Shown here: positions 36,127-46,548 of the stretch, one piece after another
Layout: each line of letters starts with the position of its first letter
Position numbering within the stretch: position 1 is the first letter of the stretch
Assembly (NCBI GenBank): GCA_002385625.1
Contig: DGDV01000018.1
Coordinates: 16,570 to 80,569 of the forward strand
Reading direction: 5' to 3'
Length of the DNA stretch: 64,000 bases
From: Firmicutes bacterium UBA3943
Lineage (GTDB): Bacteria > Bacillota > UBA4882 > UBA10575 > UBA3943
Notes under the pieces: model-generated
Databases searched by the model: none
Told to the model about the DNA's origin: nothing
What the model saw: the letters and a program-made list of their open reading frames with translations, nothing else
Translations under genes and position numbers: made by a program

Positions 36127-36156
36127 GCTGCGCCATAGATTTGGCGCGGCTTTTTT
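36127..36156 (+). terminator. Rho-independent terminator after asnS
   Basis: GCTGCGCCA / TGGCGCGGC stem followed by TTTTTT. Confidence 0.85.
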
Positions 36157-36221
36157 ATAATCCACAATCTACCTGCGGCACTTCCCTCAATTGTTATGCT
36201 ATAATTCCTTTATGTTAACTT

Positions 36222-36247
36222 AATGACTATTACAAATGACTATTACA
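36222..36247 (+). repeat. Perfect tandem direct repeat, 2 x 13 bp (AATGACTATTACA)
   Basis: Sits between a TGCTATAAT -10 element (36197-36205) and the ribosome-binding site of the ORF at 36271. Confidence 0.9.
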
Positions 36248-36270
36248 ATTAACGGGGGGAGGACGCCCGA

Positions 36271-36831
36271 ATGATACCTAACGGCAAATTTCCCATGAAG
36301 AAAATTGGCCTGGGACTGCTGGCCTTTTTTCTGACTGTTACGGTGCTTTTCGGCGGTTATACCGCATTGCAACGGGTCCGCTACGGGATCCTTGACGGGA
36401 AACGGTGGGAAAAACAGGGGATCGCCGCTTTCCGGACCCGCCCGGAGGGGGATAACGTGGTATTAGAGGTGGAAGCCGGAGCAATCAAGGACTTCCGCTT
36501 AACAATGGAAGAGCTCATCCGCCAAGTGGAGAAGGGCCGGGGCCAACGGGTGGTGCGGGTGGATTTCCTGCAGCCCGCCAGCTCCAAGCTGGAAAAGGTC
36601 TATGACCGTTTGAGTTTTACCTTGGCCGAAGTTAAAGCAACTGGGAGATATACCCTATTGCCGGCGGCCGCGGAGCTGATTGCAGCAGAAGAGAAGGTTC
36701 GGGTCGGGATTGAAGTCGGGGACCGTTTCATTTTTGTCCGCTTGGAGCAGGGGAAGGACCGGCTTTACCGGGTGGTTGGCCTGCCGACCGTCGGATCGTC
36801 CGTTTTGGTGATGACAGGAGGTGGCCGTTGA
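36271..36831 (+). CDS. Hypothetical membrane-anchored protein
   Basis: N-terminal TM segment (IGLGLLAFFLTVTVLFGG), no recognisable domain. Its stop overlaps the start of the next gene. Confidence 0.55.
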   Translation: MIPNGKFPMKKIGLGLLAFFLTVTVLFGGYTALQRVRYGILDGKRWEKQGIAAFRTRPEGDNVVLEVEAGAIKDFRLTMEELIRQVEKGRGQRVVRVDFLQPASSKLEKVYDRLSFTLAEVKATGRYTLLPAAAELIAAEEKVRVGIEVGDRFIFVRLEQGKDRLYRVVGLPTVGSSVLVMTGGGR

Positions 36832-38321
36832 TGGGTATGGAATGGTTAATCGGAGCTGGAGCGGGTGTGTTTGTTTTTTTGATCTATTTAGGTTTGGATA
36901 TCACGCCTTTTCTCTTTCTGGGCGGCGCGGTAGCCGCATTGTACCTTTTGACCCAGGGCCGGGGTGTGGGCAGAAACTTTGAGTTCCTGGGCGGCGGGGA
37001 AGGAGCTCCGCCCATCAGTCAAGTGACCTTCAGTGACATTGGCGGCCAGGATACGGCCAAGCGTGAGTTGATGGAGGCTTTGGATTTTGTCAAGGACTCC
37101 TCCCGCACCGAGCAACTGGGGATCCGGCCCCTCAAAGGTATCCTGTTGACCGGGCCGCCGGGCACGGGCAAGACGCTCATGGCCAAGGCGGCGGCGGAGT
37201 ATACGGGGGCGGTTTTTGTCTATGCCTCTGGTTCCGAGTTTATCGAGATGTATGCCGGGGTAGGCGCCCAACGGATCCGGCAGCTCTTTGGCAGGGCCCG
37301 TAGTTTGGCCCAGAAACATGGCAAAAACCACGCCATTATTTTTATTGATGAGATCGAGGTTATCGGTGGGAAGCGGGGGACCCATACCTCCCACCTGGAG
37401 TATGACCAGACCTTGAACCAGCTTCTGGTGGAGATGGATGGGCTCCGCAGTCATGATGATGTGCATATTCTGGTGGTGGCGGCCACGAACAGGGCCGACC
37501 TCTTGGATGATGCGCTGCTTCGGCCCGGTCGTTTTGACCGGCAGGTCCGGGTGGATCTGCCGGAGAAGGAAGGACGCCTGCGGATCCTGGAGATTCACAT
37601 GCGGAACAAACCGCTGGAGGATGAGGTGGATCTGGAGGAAATTGCCCGTGAGACCTTTGGTTTCTCCGGTGCTCACTTGGAGTCCCTCTGCAATGAGGGG
37701 GCCATTTTGGCCTACCGGAAGGGCAAGACCCGCATCGGCCAGGAGGAACTGCGGGAAGCCATCGACAAGGTGATCCTCGGGGAAAGGTTGGAGAAACGTC
37801 CCACCGACGCGGAGTTGAAACGTGTCGCCGGCCATGAGGTGGGCCATGCCCTGGTCAGTGAGGTGGTTGATCCGGGGTCGGTGGCCTCGGTGACGGTTAC
37901 CTCCCGCGGGCGGGCCTTGGGTTTTATGCGGCCTGTGCCTGTGGAAGAACGGCACTTATATACGAAGGAGCATATTCTGGACAGGATTGCCGTTTGCTTG
38001 GGCGGCGCGGTGGCGGAAGAGGCCATCTACGGGGAACGCAGCACCGGCTCGAGCCAAGATTTTGAGCAGGCCAATCAACTGGTGAGCCAGTTGATTGGTG
38101 CAGGTCTCTCGTCGCTGGGAATTGTCAACGAGAAGTACCTCTCCCAGGAGAAGCTCCACCAGGCGGCCAAGGAGATCCTGGAGGAGCAGGAGGAACGGGT
38201 CCGCGGGATTATCAATGCCCGTGTGGACCTGATCAAGCAAGTCAGTGAAATTCTGATGGAACAGGAGAAGATCTCCGGTGAGGAATTCCGGTCGCTGCTA
38301 AAACTGGCAACCGCAGCGTAA
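36828..38321 (+). CDS. Short FtsH-like AAA+ zinc metalloprotease paralog
   Basis: Two closely spaced N-terminal TM helices with no extracytoplasmic domain. Walker A GPPGTGKT, Walker B IIFIDEID-like (IIFIDEIE), SRH, M41 zinc motif HEVGHA. Confidence 0.85.
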   Translation: MMGMEWLIGAGAGVFVFLIYLGLDITPFLFLGGAVAALYLLTQGRGVGRNFEFLGGGEGAPPISQVTFSDIGGQDTAKRELMEALDFVKDSSRTEQLGIRPLKGILLTGPPGTGKTLMAKAAAEYTGAVFVYASGSEFIEMYAGVGAQRIRQLFGRARSLAQKHGKNHAIIFIDEIEVIGGKRGTHTSHLEYDQTLNQLLVEMDGLRSHDDVHILVVAATNRADLLDDALLRPGRFDRQVRVDLPEKEGRLRILEIHMRNKPLEDEVDLEEIARETFGFSGAHLESLCNEGAILAYRKGKTRIGQEELREAIDKVILGERLEKRPTDAELKRVAGHEVGHALVSEVVDPGSVASVTVTSRGRALGFMRPVPVEERHLYTKEHILDRIAVCLGGAVAEEAIYGERSTGSSQDFEQANQLVSQLIGAGLSSLGIVNEKYLSQEKLHQAAKEILEEQEERVRGIINARVDLIKQVSEILMEQEKISGEEFRSLLKLATAA

Positions 38322-38475
38322 GCTGGGAAAGATTATCCGTTGGTTCTTTGCCTTGAACCGGCAGGAGAATGCCGACGAAATGAGAATTAACCTGAGTATA
38401 CTGGAGCAATGGGCCGGTGCGACCGGATGGGGTCGCCGCCGGCTTGTTCCGTATTCTCACATGGGGGGACCCGGC

Positions 38476-39720
38476 ATGCGCGCAGAGATTGTTTGTATCG
38501 GGACGGAACTGTTGTTGGGGGAGATCGTGGATACCAATGCCGCTTTTTTGGCCCGGCAATTGGCGGAGTTGGGAATTGATCTATATTATAAGTCAACCGT
38601 TGGGGATAATTTAGAGCGAATAGTCGAAACGCTGGAGCGGGCTTGGCAACGCTCGGATCTCCTGCTGCTTTCCGGCGGGCTGGGTCCTACCCAGGATGAC
38701 TTGACCAGGTTTGCCCTTGCCCAGCTGATCGGTGAGGAACTAACCCTGAATGAAGAAGCCCTGGCGCAGGTAGAGGGATATTTTGCCCGCCGGCAGCGGC
38801 TGATGCCAGAGATCAATCGGCAGCAGGCCTTGTTGCCCCCGTCGGCCCGCCCTTTGCCCAATCCCCGGGGGACCGCGCCGGGGATTTGGTTGGAGAAAGA
38901 CGGGAAGTATATAGTGGCCCTTCCGGGTGTCCCGCTGGAACTGAAAATGCTGATGACCGGCGAGGTGCTCCCCAGGCTCCGGCAGCTTTTAGGTCAGGAC
39001 CACCCCGGTTTGATCACCCGGGTCCTCAAAACCACCGGGATCGGAGAGTCGGCCCTGGAAGAACGTATCACCGACCTGTTAGAGGTTCGGGACGGGGTGA
39101 CGATCGCCCCTTACGTCAAACACGGCGAGATCCATCTGCGTTTGGCCGTGAAGGCCGCAACGCGCCAAGAGGGGTTGGCGCGCATGGCGCCGCTGGAGGC
39201 TGCGTTGCGGGAGCGGTTGGCCACCTACATTTATGGCGCGGACGAGGAACGTTTGGAGGACGGAGTGGGCCGCTTGCTGTTGGAACAGGGTTTGACCCTC
39301 GGTCTGGCCGAGTCCTGCACCGGGGGTTTGCTTGGACACCGGATTACGGAGGTTCCTGGCAGTTCCGCCTACTTTATGTTAGGGATTGTTGCCTACAGCA
39401 ACGAAGCCAAAAAGAAGCTGCTTGGCGTGGAGGAGGAAACCCTCCGGTGCCACGGGGCGGTTAGCCCGGAGACGGCAGAGGCGATGGCCAAGGGCCTTCG
39501 GCGGCGCTATGGTGTAGATTTAGGCTTGGCAACCACCGGGATCGCCGGTCCCGGCGGTGGCACACCGGAAAAGCCGGTGGGACTGGTTTATACGGCTCTG
39601 GCCGCACCCGGCGGCGTGCAGGTGCTCTGCCATCATTTCCCCTGGGACCGGACAGAAAATAAACTGGCGACGGCTCAGGCGGGCTTGACCATGCTATGGC
39701 AATATCTGGCCAAGCAATGA
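38476..39720 (+). CDS. cinA: Competence/damage-inducible protein CinA (MoCF-binding domain plus PncC nicotinamide-nucleotide amidase domain)
   Basis: MRAEIVCIGTELLLGEIVDTN N-terminus; C-terminal ESCTGG motif. Confidence 0.92.
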   Translation: MRAEIVCIGTELLLGEIVDTNAAFLARQLAELGIDLYYKSTVGDNLERIVETLERAWQRSDLLLLSGGLGPTQDDLTRFALAQLIGEELTLNEEALAQVEGYFARRQRLMPEINRQQALLPPSARPLPNPRGTAPGIWLEKDGKYIVALPGVPLELKMLMTGEVLPRLRQLLGQDHPGLITRVLKTTGIGESALEERITDLLEVRDGVTIAPYVKHGEIHLRLAVKAATRQEGLARMAPLEAALRERLATYIYGADEERLEDGVGRLLLEQGLTLGLAESCTGGLLGHRITEVPGSSAYFMLGIVAYSNEAKKKLLGVEEETLRCHGAVSPETAEAMAKGLRRRYGVDLGLATTGIAGPGGGTPEKPVGLVYTALAAPGGVQVLCHHFPWDRTENKLATAQAGLTMLWQYLAKQ

Positions 39721-39737
39721 AGAACAGGAGGTAAAGC

Positions 39738-41216
39738 ATGGGCCGAAGTTTTTGGCAACGGCTGACGCAAACCGCTATTGTAATACTCTTTAGCGCATTG
39801 GCCCTGCATTTCTTTGGAACAATGGACACACGGCTGGGTCCCCTCGATCTCCGACTGCAGATGCGTTGGTCGGTCCGGGGCGAAACACGCCTGGTGCTTC
39901 CCCCGCTGGGGCAGATCAAAGCGGATACCCACGGGGTTCCGGTGGCCTTCTGCGTGCAACTGAACCGGATCGATGAAAACCTGTTACAATCAGAATTGGC
40001 CGACCAGGAAAAACCCGCCGAATACCTGCAAACTTTCCTTCCCCAACTGCGCCGGATCTTTATCCATTTTTTCCTGGTGTTGCTTTTGGTGGGGGCTGGG
40101 GCGGGCGTGATGGCCGGCATGATCATTTGGGGTTGGGCCAACTGGAAGCGCTGGGTGCGATCGCTGCTGTTAGGGGCGGTCTTTACTGGCGTGGTTTTAG
40201 GTGGTGTGATGATCCAATACAACCAGCAGGCTTTTGACCGACCCCGGTACGAAGGGATGCTGGAAGCAGCCCCCTGGTTGTTGGATCTGGTGGATAAGGG
40301 CCTGGCACAACTAGATACGCTAGGGCGCAAACTGGAGGTGATGGCCGGCAATCTCAACCGCCTCTTTACCCAAGTTGACCAATTGGATCCCTTGGCCCGG
40401 GCCGACGGGACCTTGAAGGTCGTTCACGTTTCCGATATTCATAACAATCCGGCGGCTTACGACTTTCTGCGGCGGGTGGTCAAGGGGTTTGGGGCTGACC
40501 TGATCATTGACACCGGCGACATCACCGATTACGGTACGCCGCTGGAGGCCCGGATGGCCGAAGCCTTGGCGGGGGTTGGCGTACCCTATTTCTTTGTGCC
40601 GGGGAACCATGATGCGCCGGAGGCCATTGCCAGGCTAAAGCAGATCCGGGGTATCCGTGTGCTGGATAACGGAGTTGTAACCTATAAAGGCCTGAATATT
40701 TTGGCCTGGGGTGACCCGACCGCCAAAACCGGGAAGTTGACAGCCACAGCCCAGGAGCTGCGGCAAGCGGCGGAGGAGTTAACTGCAGAGTTTGCCCGTT
40801 TGGAAAAAGCGCCCGACCTGGTGGCAGTCCATAATGTCACCGTGGCCCGGGGTTTGCTGGGGAAGGTCCCCTTGGTGTTGCATGGTCACGACCACCGGGC
40901 GCGTATCTATGAGCGCAGTGGCACCCGGGTGGTGGATGCGGGCACCACCGGAGCCGCCGGTGTCCGGGCCCTGGAGAACGTTTCCCAGGATGGTGTGCCC
41001 TTTAGCCTGGCGTTATTGCACTTTGATCCTGTGGAGGACGGAGAAGGAGGCCGGGCCATTACCCTCACCGCGGTGGATCTGATTAAAGTATATAGTCTGA
41101 ACGGGCGCTTTGTTTTAGAGCGCAAAGTAGTCAAGGGGGGTGAAGAGAATACGGCTGTTTCTAGGGATTTGGTTGACGGCGGATCTGCAGCGGAAAGTGA
41201 CCGGGTGCATCCGTGA
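39738..41216 (+). CDS. Membrane-anchored calcineurin-like metallophosphoesterase
   Basis: N-terminal TM helices, then VVHVSDIHN, DTGDITDYG and VPGNHD motifs. Confidence 0.8.
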   Translation: MGRSFWQRLTQTAIVILFSALALHFFGTMDTRLGPLDLRLQMRWSVRGETRLVLPPLGQIKADTHGVPVAFCVQLNRIDENLLQSELADQEKPAEYLQTFLPQLRRIFIHFFLVLLLVGAGAGVMAGMIIWGWANWKRWVRSLLLGAVFTGVVLGGVMIQYNQQAFDRPRYEGMLEAAPWLLDLVDKGLAQLDTLGRKLEVMAGNLNRLFTQVDQLDPLARADGTLKVVHVSDIHNNPAAYDFLRRVVKGFGADLIIDTGDITDYGTPLEARMAEALAGVGVPYFFVPGNHDAPEAIARLKQIRGIRVLDNGVVTYKGLNILAWGDPTAKTGKLTATAQELRQAAEELTAEFARLEKAPDLVAVHNVTVARGLLGKVPLVLHGHDHRARIYERSGTRVVDAGTTGAAGVRALENVSQDGVPFSLALLHFDPVEDGEGGRAITLTAVDLIKVYSLNGRFVLERKVVKGGEENTAVSRDLVDGGSAAESDRVHP

Positions 41217-41703
41217 GTTATCTGAAACAAGCAGCGGGATCAGGTGGACGCCCCCGGAGCAACTGCATTTTACCTTGAAGTTCCTGGGGGAGCAGCCCCC
41301 GGAAATGCCGGCGCGTTTGGCCCCGGAGCTCCGGGAAGTGTCAGCCCTGCATCCTGCCTTTGATCTTAAATTTGGCCCGGGGGGCGTCTTTCCCCGCCAC
41401 GGTGAGCCACGGGTGCTTTGGCTGGGGCTTGCCGAGGGGCAGGAGCCCATTGCCGCCTTGGCGGAGAGCGTGGAGTCGGCCTGCCTTAAGCTGGGCCTGC
41501 CCCGGGAGGACCGGGTTTTCCGGCCTCACCTGACCATTGGGCGGGTAAAGGCATCTCCGGCCATGTTTGACCGGGCCCGGCTGGCGGCGGGGATATCCGG
41601 CAGGATGACTGTTGATGGATTTGCTTTGATCGAGAGTGTCCTGAGTCCGGGTGGACCGACATACCGGGAATTGCAACGGTTTAAACTGGGCAACAGAGGA
41701 TAA
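41140..41703 (+). CDS. thpR: RNA 2',3'-cyclic phosphodiesterase (2'-5' RNA ligase family, 2H phosphoesterase)
   Basis: Two H-x-T/S-x motifs (HFTL, HLTI), N-terminal RLFLGI. GTG start, overlapping the upstream gene by 77 nt. Confidence 0.8.
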   Translation: MKRIRLFLGIWLTADLQRKVTGCIRELSETSSGIRWTPPEQLHFTLKFLGEQPPEMPARLAPELREVSALHPAFDLKFGPGGVFPRHGEPRVLWLGLAEGQEPIAALAESVESACLKLGLPREDRVFRPHLTIGRVKASPAMFDRARLAAGISGRMTVDGFALIESVLSPGGPTYRELQRFKLGNRG

Positions 41704-41733
41704 TGCCGATATTATGCAGGGATTTAAGATTCA

Positions 41734-41762
41734 TTGACACAAGGGGCAAACTCTGTTATACT
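41734..41762 (+). promoter_or_regulatory. recA sigma-A promoter
   Basis: TTGACA (41734-41739), 17-nt spacer, TATACT (41757-41762). Confidence 0.7.
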
Positions 41763-41768
41763 AGGAAG

Positions 41769-41782
41769 CGAACAAATGTTTG
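41769..41782 (+). promoter_or_regulatory. LexA/DinR (Cheo) box
   Basis: CGAACAAATGTTTG compared with the Gram-positive SOS box CGAACnnnnGTTCG. It lies just downstream of the -10 element of recA. Confidence 0.75.
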
Positions 41783-41801
41783 GGGGAAGGCGGGCGATAA
41801 G

Positions 41802-42869
41802 ATGTCTACCGCAGAGAAGCAAAAAGCGTTGGAAATGGCTATGCTGCAGATTGAGAAGCAGTTTGGCAAGGGTTCCATCATGAGACTTGGTGAAGCAGTT
41901 GACAAGATGAACATTGAAGTTATTCCGACGGGCGCGATCACGTTGGACCTGGCCTTGGGCGTCGGCGGCGTGCCGCGCGGGCGGATCGTCGAGATTTACG
42001 GGCCGGAGTCCTCCGGTAAAACCACAGTTGCTTTGCATATAGCAGCCGAGGCCCAGCGTCTGGGTGGGGTTGCTGCTTTCATCGACGCCGAGCATGCCCT
42101 GGACCCGATTTATGCGCGGAAACTTGGTGTGGATATTGACAATCTCCTGATCTCCCAGCCTGATACTGGGGAACAGGCCTTGGAGATAGCCGAAGCACTG
42201 GTGCGCAGCAATGCCGTTGATATAGTTGTTGTTGACTCGGTAGCAGCGCTGACCCCGCGGGCGGAGATCGAGGGCGAGATGGGCGATGCCCATGTAGGGT
42301 TGCAAGCCCGCCTCATGTCGCAGGCGCTGCGGAAATTGACCGGCGCCATCAGCAAATCCCGGGCAATTGTCATCTTCATTAACCAGATCCGGGAGAAGGT
42401 TGGCGTGATGTTCGGTAATCCCGAAACCACCCCGGGCGGACGTGCCCTTAAGTTTTACGCTTCCATCCGGATGGAAGTGCGCAAGATCGAGACTTTGAAA
42501 CAGGGCAGTGAAATGGTGGGCAGCCGTACACGGGTGAAGGTGGTCAAAAACAAGGTGGCACCGCCGTTTAAAGAGGCAGAGTTTGATATTCTCTACGGCA
42601 TTGGGATCTCCAAGGCGGGAACAATTCTGGATATGGCGGTGGAAGCTGATATTATAAATAAGAGCGGTGCTTGGTATTCCTATGGCGACACCAGAATTGG
42701 CCAAGGCCGGGAAAATGCCCGTGACTTTTTACAGAACAATCCTGCGTTGCTTAAAGAGGTGGAGGAGAAGGTTCTGGCGGCGGTGGGGATCGCCCGCTTA
42801 AATAACGCCGCGGAAGCCGCGGAAGCCAAAGGGGCTAAGGACGAAAAACAGGCGAAAGCAAAGGCCTGA
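41802..42869 (+). CDS. recA: Recombinase A
   Basis: [22 protein letters not shown], Walker [13 protein letters not shown] at 41802 chosen over the longer track ORF. Confidence 0.97.
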   Translation: MSTAEKQKALEMAMLQIEKQFGKGSIMRLGEAVDKMNIEVIPTGAITLDLALGVGGVPRGRIVEIYGPESSGKTTVALHIAAEAQRLGGVAAFIDAEHALDPIYARKLGVDIDNLLISQPDTGEQALEIAEALVRSNAVDIVVVDSVAALTPRAEIEGEMGDAHVGLQARLMSQALRKLTGAISKSRAIVIFINQIREKVGVMFGNPETTPGGRALKFYASIRMEVRKIETLKQGSEMVGSRTRVKVVKNKVAPPFKEAEFDILYGIGISKAGTILDMAVEADIINKSGAWYSYGDTRIGQGRENARDFLQNNPALLKEVEEKVLAAVGIARLNNAAEAAEAKGAKDEKQAKAKA

Positions 42870-42875
42870 TGTGTT

Positions 42876-43328
42876 TTGAAACGCAGTGGTATGCAAGAGG
42901 CTTTACGGCTTTTGGGGCAGCGGGCCTATTCTCGTTGGGGGATGAGCGAAGCCCTGCGCCGCCGGGGTTATGCTGAAGCGGAGATCGCCGAATGCCTTGA
43001 GCGGCTCACCGATTGGGGCTATATCAAGGATGACGAATTTGCCCGGGACCGGATTGCCCATTATCGTAACAAAGGTAAAGGAAGGGAGTATGTTTTTGGG
43101 CGGTTGCTAGAAAACGGCCTGCCAGAAGAGGATATTCGCCGGTATCTTGAGGAGTGGTATCCTTGGACGGAGGAATACCGCCTTGCGCGGCAGATTGCGG
43201 AGAAACGGCTGTCCCAAACAGAGAACCCTTCGCGGAAAGAGAAGATGAGGGTTCTACGGTATTTAGCCCAATCCGGTTTCACAGAGGAAGCCATCAGGGC
43301 CTGCGGTTACGCAGAGGAGGATACTTGA
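42876..43328 (+). CDS. recX: RecA regulator RecX
   Basis: About 150 aa helical-repeat protein directly after recA (ALRLLGQRAYSRWGMSEALRRRGY). TTG start. Confidence 0.8.
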   Translation: MKRSGMQEALRLLGQRAYSRWGMSEALRRRGYAEAEIAECLERLTDWGYIKDDEFARDRIAHYRNKGKGREYVFGRLLENGLPEEDIRRYLEEWYPWTEEYRLARQIAEKRLSQTENPSRKEKMRVLRYLAQSGFTEEAIRACGYAEEDT

Positions 43329-43440
43329 CAGGGTTAAGAAAAATGGATAAAATGATAATTGGAGTAGAACACCTATGGGAAGCCGAGTTCTTACTCGGCT
43401 TTATTGGTTTATGTTTCTACTTTTGCAAATGTGAAAGGAG

Positions 43441-44991
43441 GTGTCAGGTATAGATATAATTAAACAATTATTACCAATCATTCTGATTTTCGGCGTTGGC
43501 GCTGTTCTTGGTTTGTACCTTGAAAAACTTCTGGCCAAGATGCGGTTGAACTCAGCTGAAGAAAAGGCCCGGGCGCTCATTGATAATGCAGAGAAAGAAA
43601 TTGAAGCAAAAAAGCGCGAAGCATTGCTCGAGGCCAAAGAGGAAGCCCTCCGGGTCAAAAACGACTTGGAGCGAGAGATCAGGGAACGGCGTAACGACAT
43701 TCAACGACAGGAAAAACGACTGCTGCAAAAGGAAGAGTCGTTAGACCGCAAGTCCGAAAATCTTGAGAAAAAAGAGGAACAGATTGCCAAGAAAGAGGCG
43801 GAGGTTGAAAAACTAAAAGCAGAGTTGTTAGAACTCCAGCAGATCCAGCGAAAGGAACTGGAAAGAATCTCCGGTCTTTCTTCAGAGGAAGCAAAAAACA
43901 TTTTACTTGAAAATGTCGAGCGTGAGATCTCACAAGAGATCGGTATGCGGATTCGGGATCTGGAGGCAAAGGCCAAGGAAGAGTCCGAACGTAAAGCCAG
44001 GGAGATCATCTCGGCAGCCATCCAACGGTGCGCTGCTGATCATGTGGCAGAAACAACTGTTTCTGTAGTAGCGCTGCCCAACGATGAAATGAAAGGACGG
44101 ATTATCGGCCGTGAAGGCCGGAACATCCGCGCTCTGGAGACCTTAACAGGTATAGACCTTATTATTGATGATACGCCGGAAGCGGTCATTCTCTCCGGTT
44201 TTGACCCGGTCCGGCGGGAAGTGGCCAGAATTGCGTTGGAACGCTTAATTACCGATGGACGGATCCACCCAGCCCGAATTGAGGAAATGGTGGAAAAAGC
44301 CCAAAAAGAAGTGGAGAATATCATCAAGGAAGAAGGCGAGCGGGCTACCTTCGAAACCGGTGTCAACGGACTTCACCCCGAACTCATCCGACTGCTTGGT
44401 CGGTTGAAATATCGGACCAGTTATGGGCAGAATGTCCTTAAACATTCGATTGAGGTTGCTCATTTGGCCGGCCTTATGGCCGCTGAACTTGGCGCTGACG
44501 TAGCAATAGCCAAACGCGCCGGTCTTTTGCACGACATTGGCAAGGCCATCGACCATGAGGTGGAAGGCCCCCATGCTACCATCGGTGCGGATATGGCAAG
44601 GAAGTACAAGGAATCCCCTGCGGTTGTCCATGCGATTGCCGCCCATCATGGCGATGTTGAAGCAAATACTATTGAAGCGGTGCTAGTTCAGGCGGCGGAT
44701 GCTATCTCTGCAGCAAGACCCGGTGCGCGCCGGGAGACCCTGGAGACGTACATCAGGCGACTGGAAAAACTGGAGAGTATTGCTGAATCCGTCGAAGGTG
44801 TCGATAAAACCTACGCAATTCAAGCCGGTAGGGAAATTCGTATTATGGTGAAGCCTGATAAGGTCGATGATTTGAACGCGATCCGGATAGCCCGGGAAGT
44901 TGCCAGGCAGATCGAAAACGAACTGGAGTATCCGGGACAGATCAAAGTTACCGTCATTCGAGAAACCCGGGCTGTGGATTATGCGAAATAA
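43441..44991 (+). CDS. rny: Ribonuclease Y
   Basis: N-terminal TM helix, long charged coiled coil, KH domain ([11 protein letters not shown]), HD domain (LLHDIGKA). Confidence 0.96.
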   Translation: MSGIDIIKQLLPIILIFGVGAVLGLYLEKLLAKMRLNSAEEKARALIDNAEKEIEAKKREALLEAKEEALRVKNDLEREIRERRNDIQRQEKRLLQKEESLDRKSENLEKKEEQIAKKEAEVEKLKAELLELQQIQRKELERISGLSSEEAKNILLENVEREISQEIGMRIRDLEAKAKEESERKAREIISAAIQRCAADHVAETTVSVVALPNDEMKGRIIGREGRNIRALETLTGIDLIIDDTPEAVILSGFDPVRREVARIALERLITDGRIHPARIEEMVEKAQKEVENIIKEEGERATFETGVNGLHPELIRLLGRLKYRTSYGQNVLKHSIEVAHLAGLMAAELGADVAIAKRAGLLHDIGKAIDHEVEGPHATIGADMARKYKESPAVVHAIAAHHGDVEANTIEAVLVQAADAISAARPGARRETLETYIRRLEKLESIAESVEGVDKTYAIQAGREIRIMVKPDKVDDLNAIRIAREVARQIENELEYPGQIKVTVIRETRAVDYAK

Positions 44992-44999
44992 CAAACCAA

Positions 45000-45026
45000 G
45001 GCCACCGGAAGCGGTGGCCTCTTTTT
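45000..45026 (+). terminator. Rho-independent terminator after rny
   Basis: GGCCACCG / CGGTGGCC stem with a GAAG loop, followed by TCTTTTT. Confidence 0.85.
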
Positions 45027-45181
45027 CGAAAAAAATATTTCATTTTCGGCTTATAGAACCCAATGGTATTGTGAAGAATGATGAAGCGATTAGTGATTGC
45101 AAGAGCAGGATTTTGGCTGGGCAAAAAGAAAATATACACTAGAGACTGCACTAAATTATGGCGGATAAGGAGGGGTAACGG

Positions 45182-45700
45182 ATGAAAGGTGTTTTTTGGA
45201 AAGAAGGCGAGCCCTTTAATAATTCAATGAGTCTCATCGTATCGTTGATGGTCCGTTATCCGGAGATCGCCACCCTGAGTTTGGATCCCCAGGAGAAGAC
45301 CCTTCATTTTACCTTTCTCATCGGGCATGAGCTTGCAGAGGCGGAATTCCGACTCTTCTTGCAAGACTATACAATGAGTCTGGAGGTCTTGGCCGAACTG
45401 AACCAACGGAATTACAGCATCGCCTCCATCTCCTACTACACCCAGGACAACTTTAGTTTTCTTGAAGTAGTTCGTGACATCTCTTCCCTGAGCCAGGAAG
45501 AGATCTCCCTGATTGTGCATTTAGTCCGAGAAAAACTTGGTGAGTTGGTTTGTGATCCCGAAGATGTAGTCGGTGAAGAGGAGCAGGTTTTTCAGGAGGA
45601 GCTGATCGAGCATATGCTGGAAGACCTGAAGGACTCCAGGCAAGAGAAGAAGCTCATCGGTATTCGTGAGGAAGGACGGGTTATGATTTTTAACCGCTAG
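45182..45700 (+). CDS. Hypothetical acidic protein
   Basis: 172-aa ORF with a GGAGGGG ribosome-binding site between rny and ymdB. No motif recognised. Confidence 0.5.
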   Translation: MKGVFWKEGEPFNNSMSLIVSLMVRYPEIATLSLDPQEKTLHFTFLIGHELAEAEFRLFLQDYTMSLEVLAELNQRNYSIASISYYTQDNFSFLEVVRDISSLSQEEISLIVHLVREKLGELVCDPEDVVGEEEQVFQEELIEHMLEDLKDSRQEKKLIGIREEGRVMIFNR

Positions 45701-45771
45701 TAATTTAGAGATCTGCTCACAGCCCCCACTACCGGTGGGGGTAAGTTTTAGGATTAAAAGGAGAAAACTGA

Positions 45772-46548
45772 ATGCGTCTGGTCTTTTTAGGAGATATTGT
45801 TGGTAAGCCGGGACGGGCAGCGGTCCGAAAGAAGTTGCCGGAGATCCGCAGGCAGTACCGGGCGGATTTGGTTGTGGCCAATGGCGAAAATGCCGCTGGA
45901 GGTTTCGGCTTGAACTTGGATGTTACCAAAGAGCTTTTAGATGCAGGTATCGATGTGATCACCCTGGGGAATCACACCTGGAAGAACCGGGAGATCTTCC
46001 AGGTTTTAGAGAGGGAAGAACGGGTGTTGCGGCCGGCAAACTATCCACCTGACACCCCCGGTCGGGGTGCCGGTTTATTTACCGCAGCCAACGGTGAGTT
46101 GGTGGGGGTCTTCAATTTGTTGGGCCAGGTCTATCTGGAGGCCCTGGACTGTCCCTTCCGGATGGGTTTGGAGCTTGCCGCGGAACTCCGCAGAAAAACC
46201 CCGTATGTCCTCTTGGATATGCATGCTGAGGCGACCTCGGAGAAGATTGCCCTGGCTCGCTATTTGGATGGTAAAGTATCAGCGGTTTTAGGCACCCATA
46301 CTCATGTCACTACGGCCGATGAAACCATTCTCCCCCAGGGCACTGGGTACATAACTGATGTGGGGATGTGCGGGCCCGTCGACTCGGTCTTGGGCGTCCT
46401 TCCGGAACTGGCCATCCGCAAGTTTGTGACGAAACTGCCCGTCCGTTTTGAGGTGGCCAGCGGCCCGGTGGCGATTTGCGGAGTCATCTTGGAATTGCAG
46501 CAAAACGGTTCAACTCAAGTCATTGAACGTTTTAAAGTTATGGCTTAG
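45772..46548 (+). CDS. ymdB: YmdB-family metallophosphoesterase (2',3'-cyclic-nucleotide 2'-phosphodiesterase)
   Basis: MRLVFLGDIVGKPGR..ANGENAAGGFG..GNHTW; conserved rny-ymdB-spoVS order. Confidence 0.92.
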   Translation: MRLVFLGDIVGKPGRAAVRKKLPEIRRQYRADLVVANGENAAGGFGLNLDVTKELLDAGIDVITLGNHTWKNREIFQVLEREERVLRPANYPPDTPGRGAGLFTAANGELVGVFNLLGQVYLEALDCPFRMGLELAAELRRKTPYVLLDMHAEATSEKIALARYLDGKVSAVLGTHTHVTTADETILPQGTGYITDVGMCGPVDSVLGVLPELAIRKFVTKLPVRFEVASGPVAICGVILELQQNGSTQVIERFKVMA

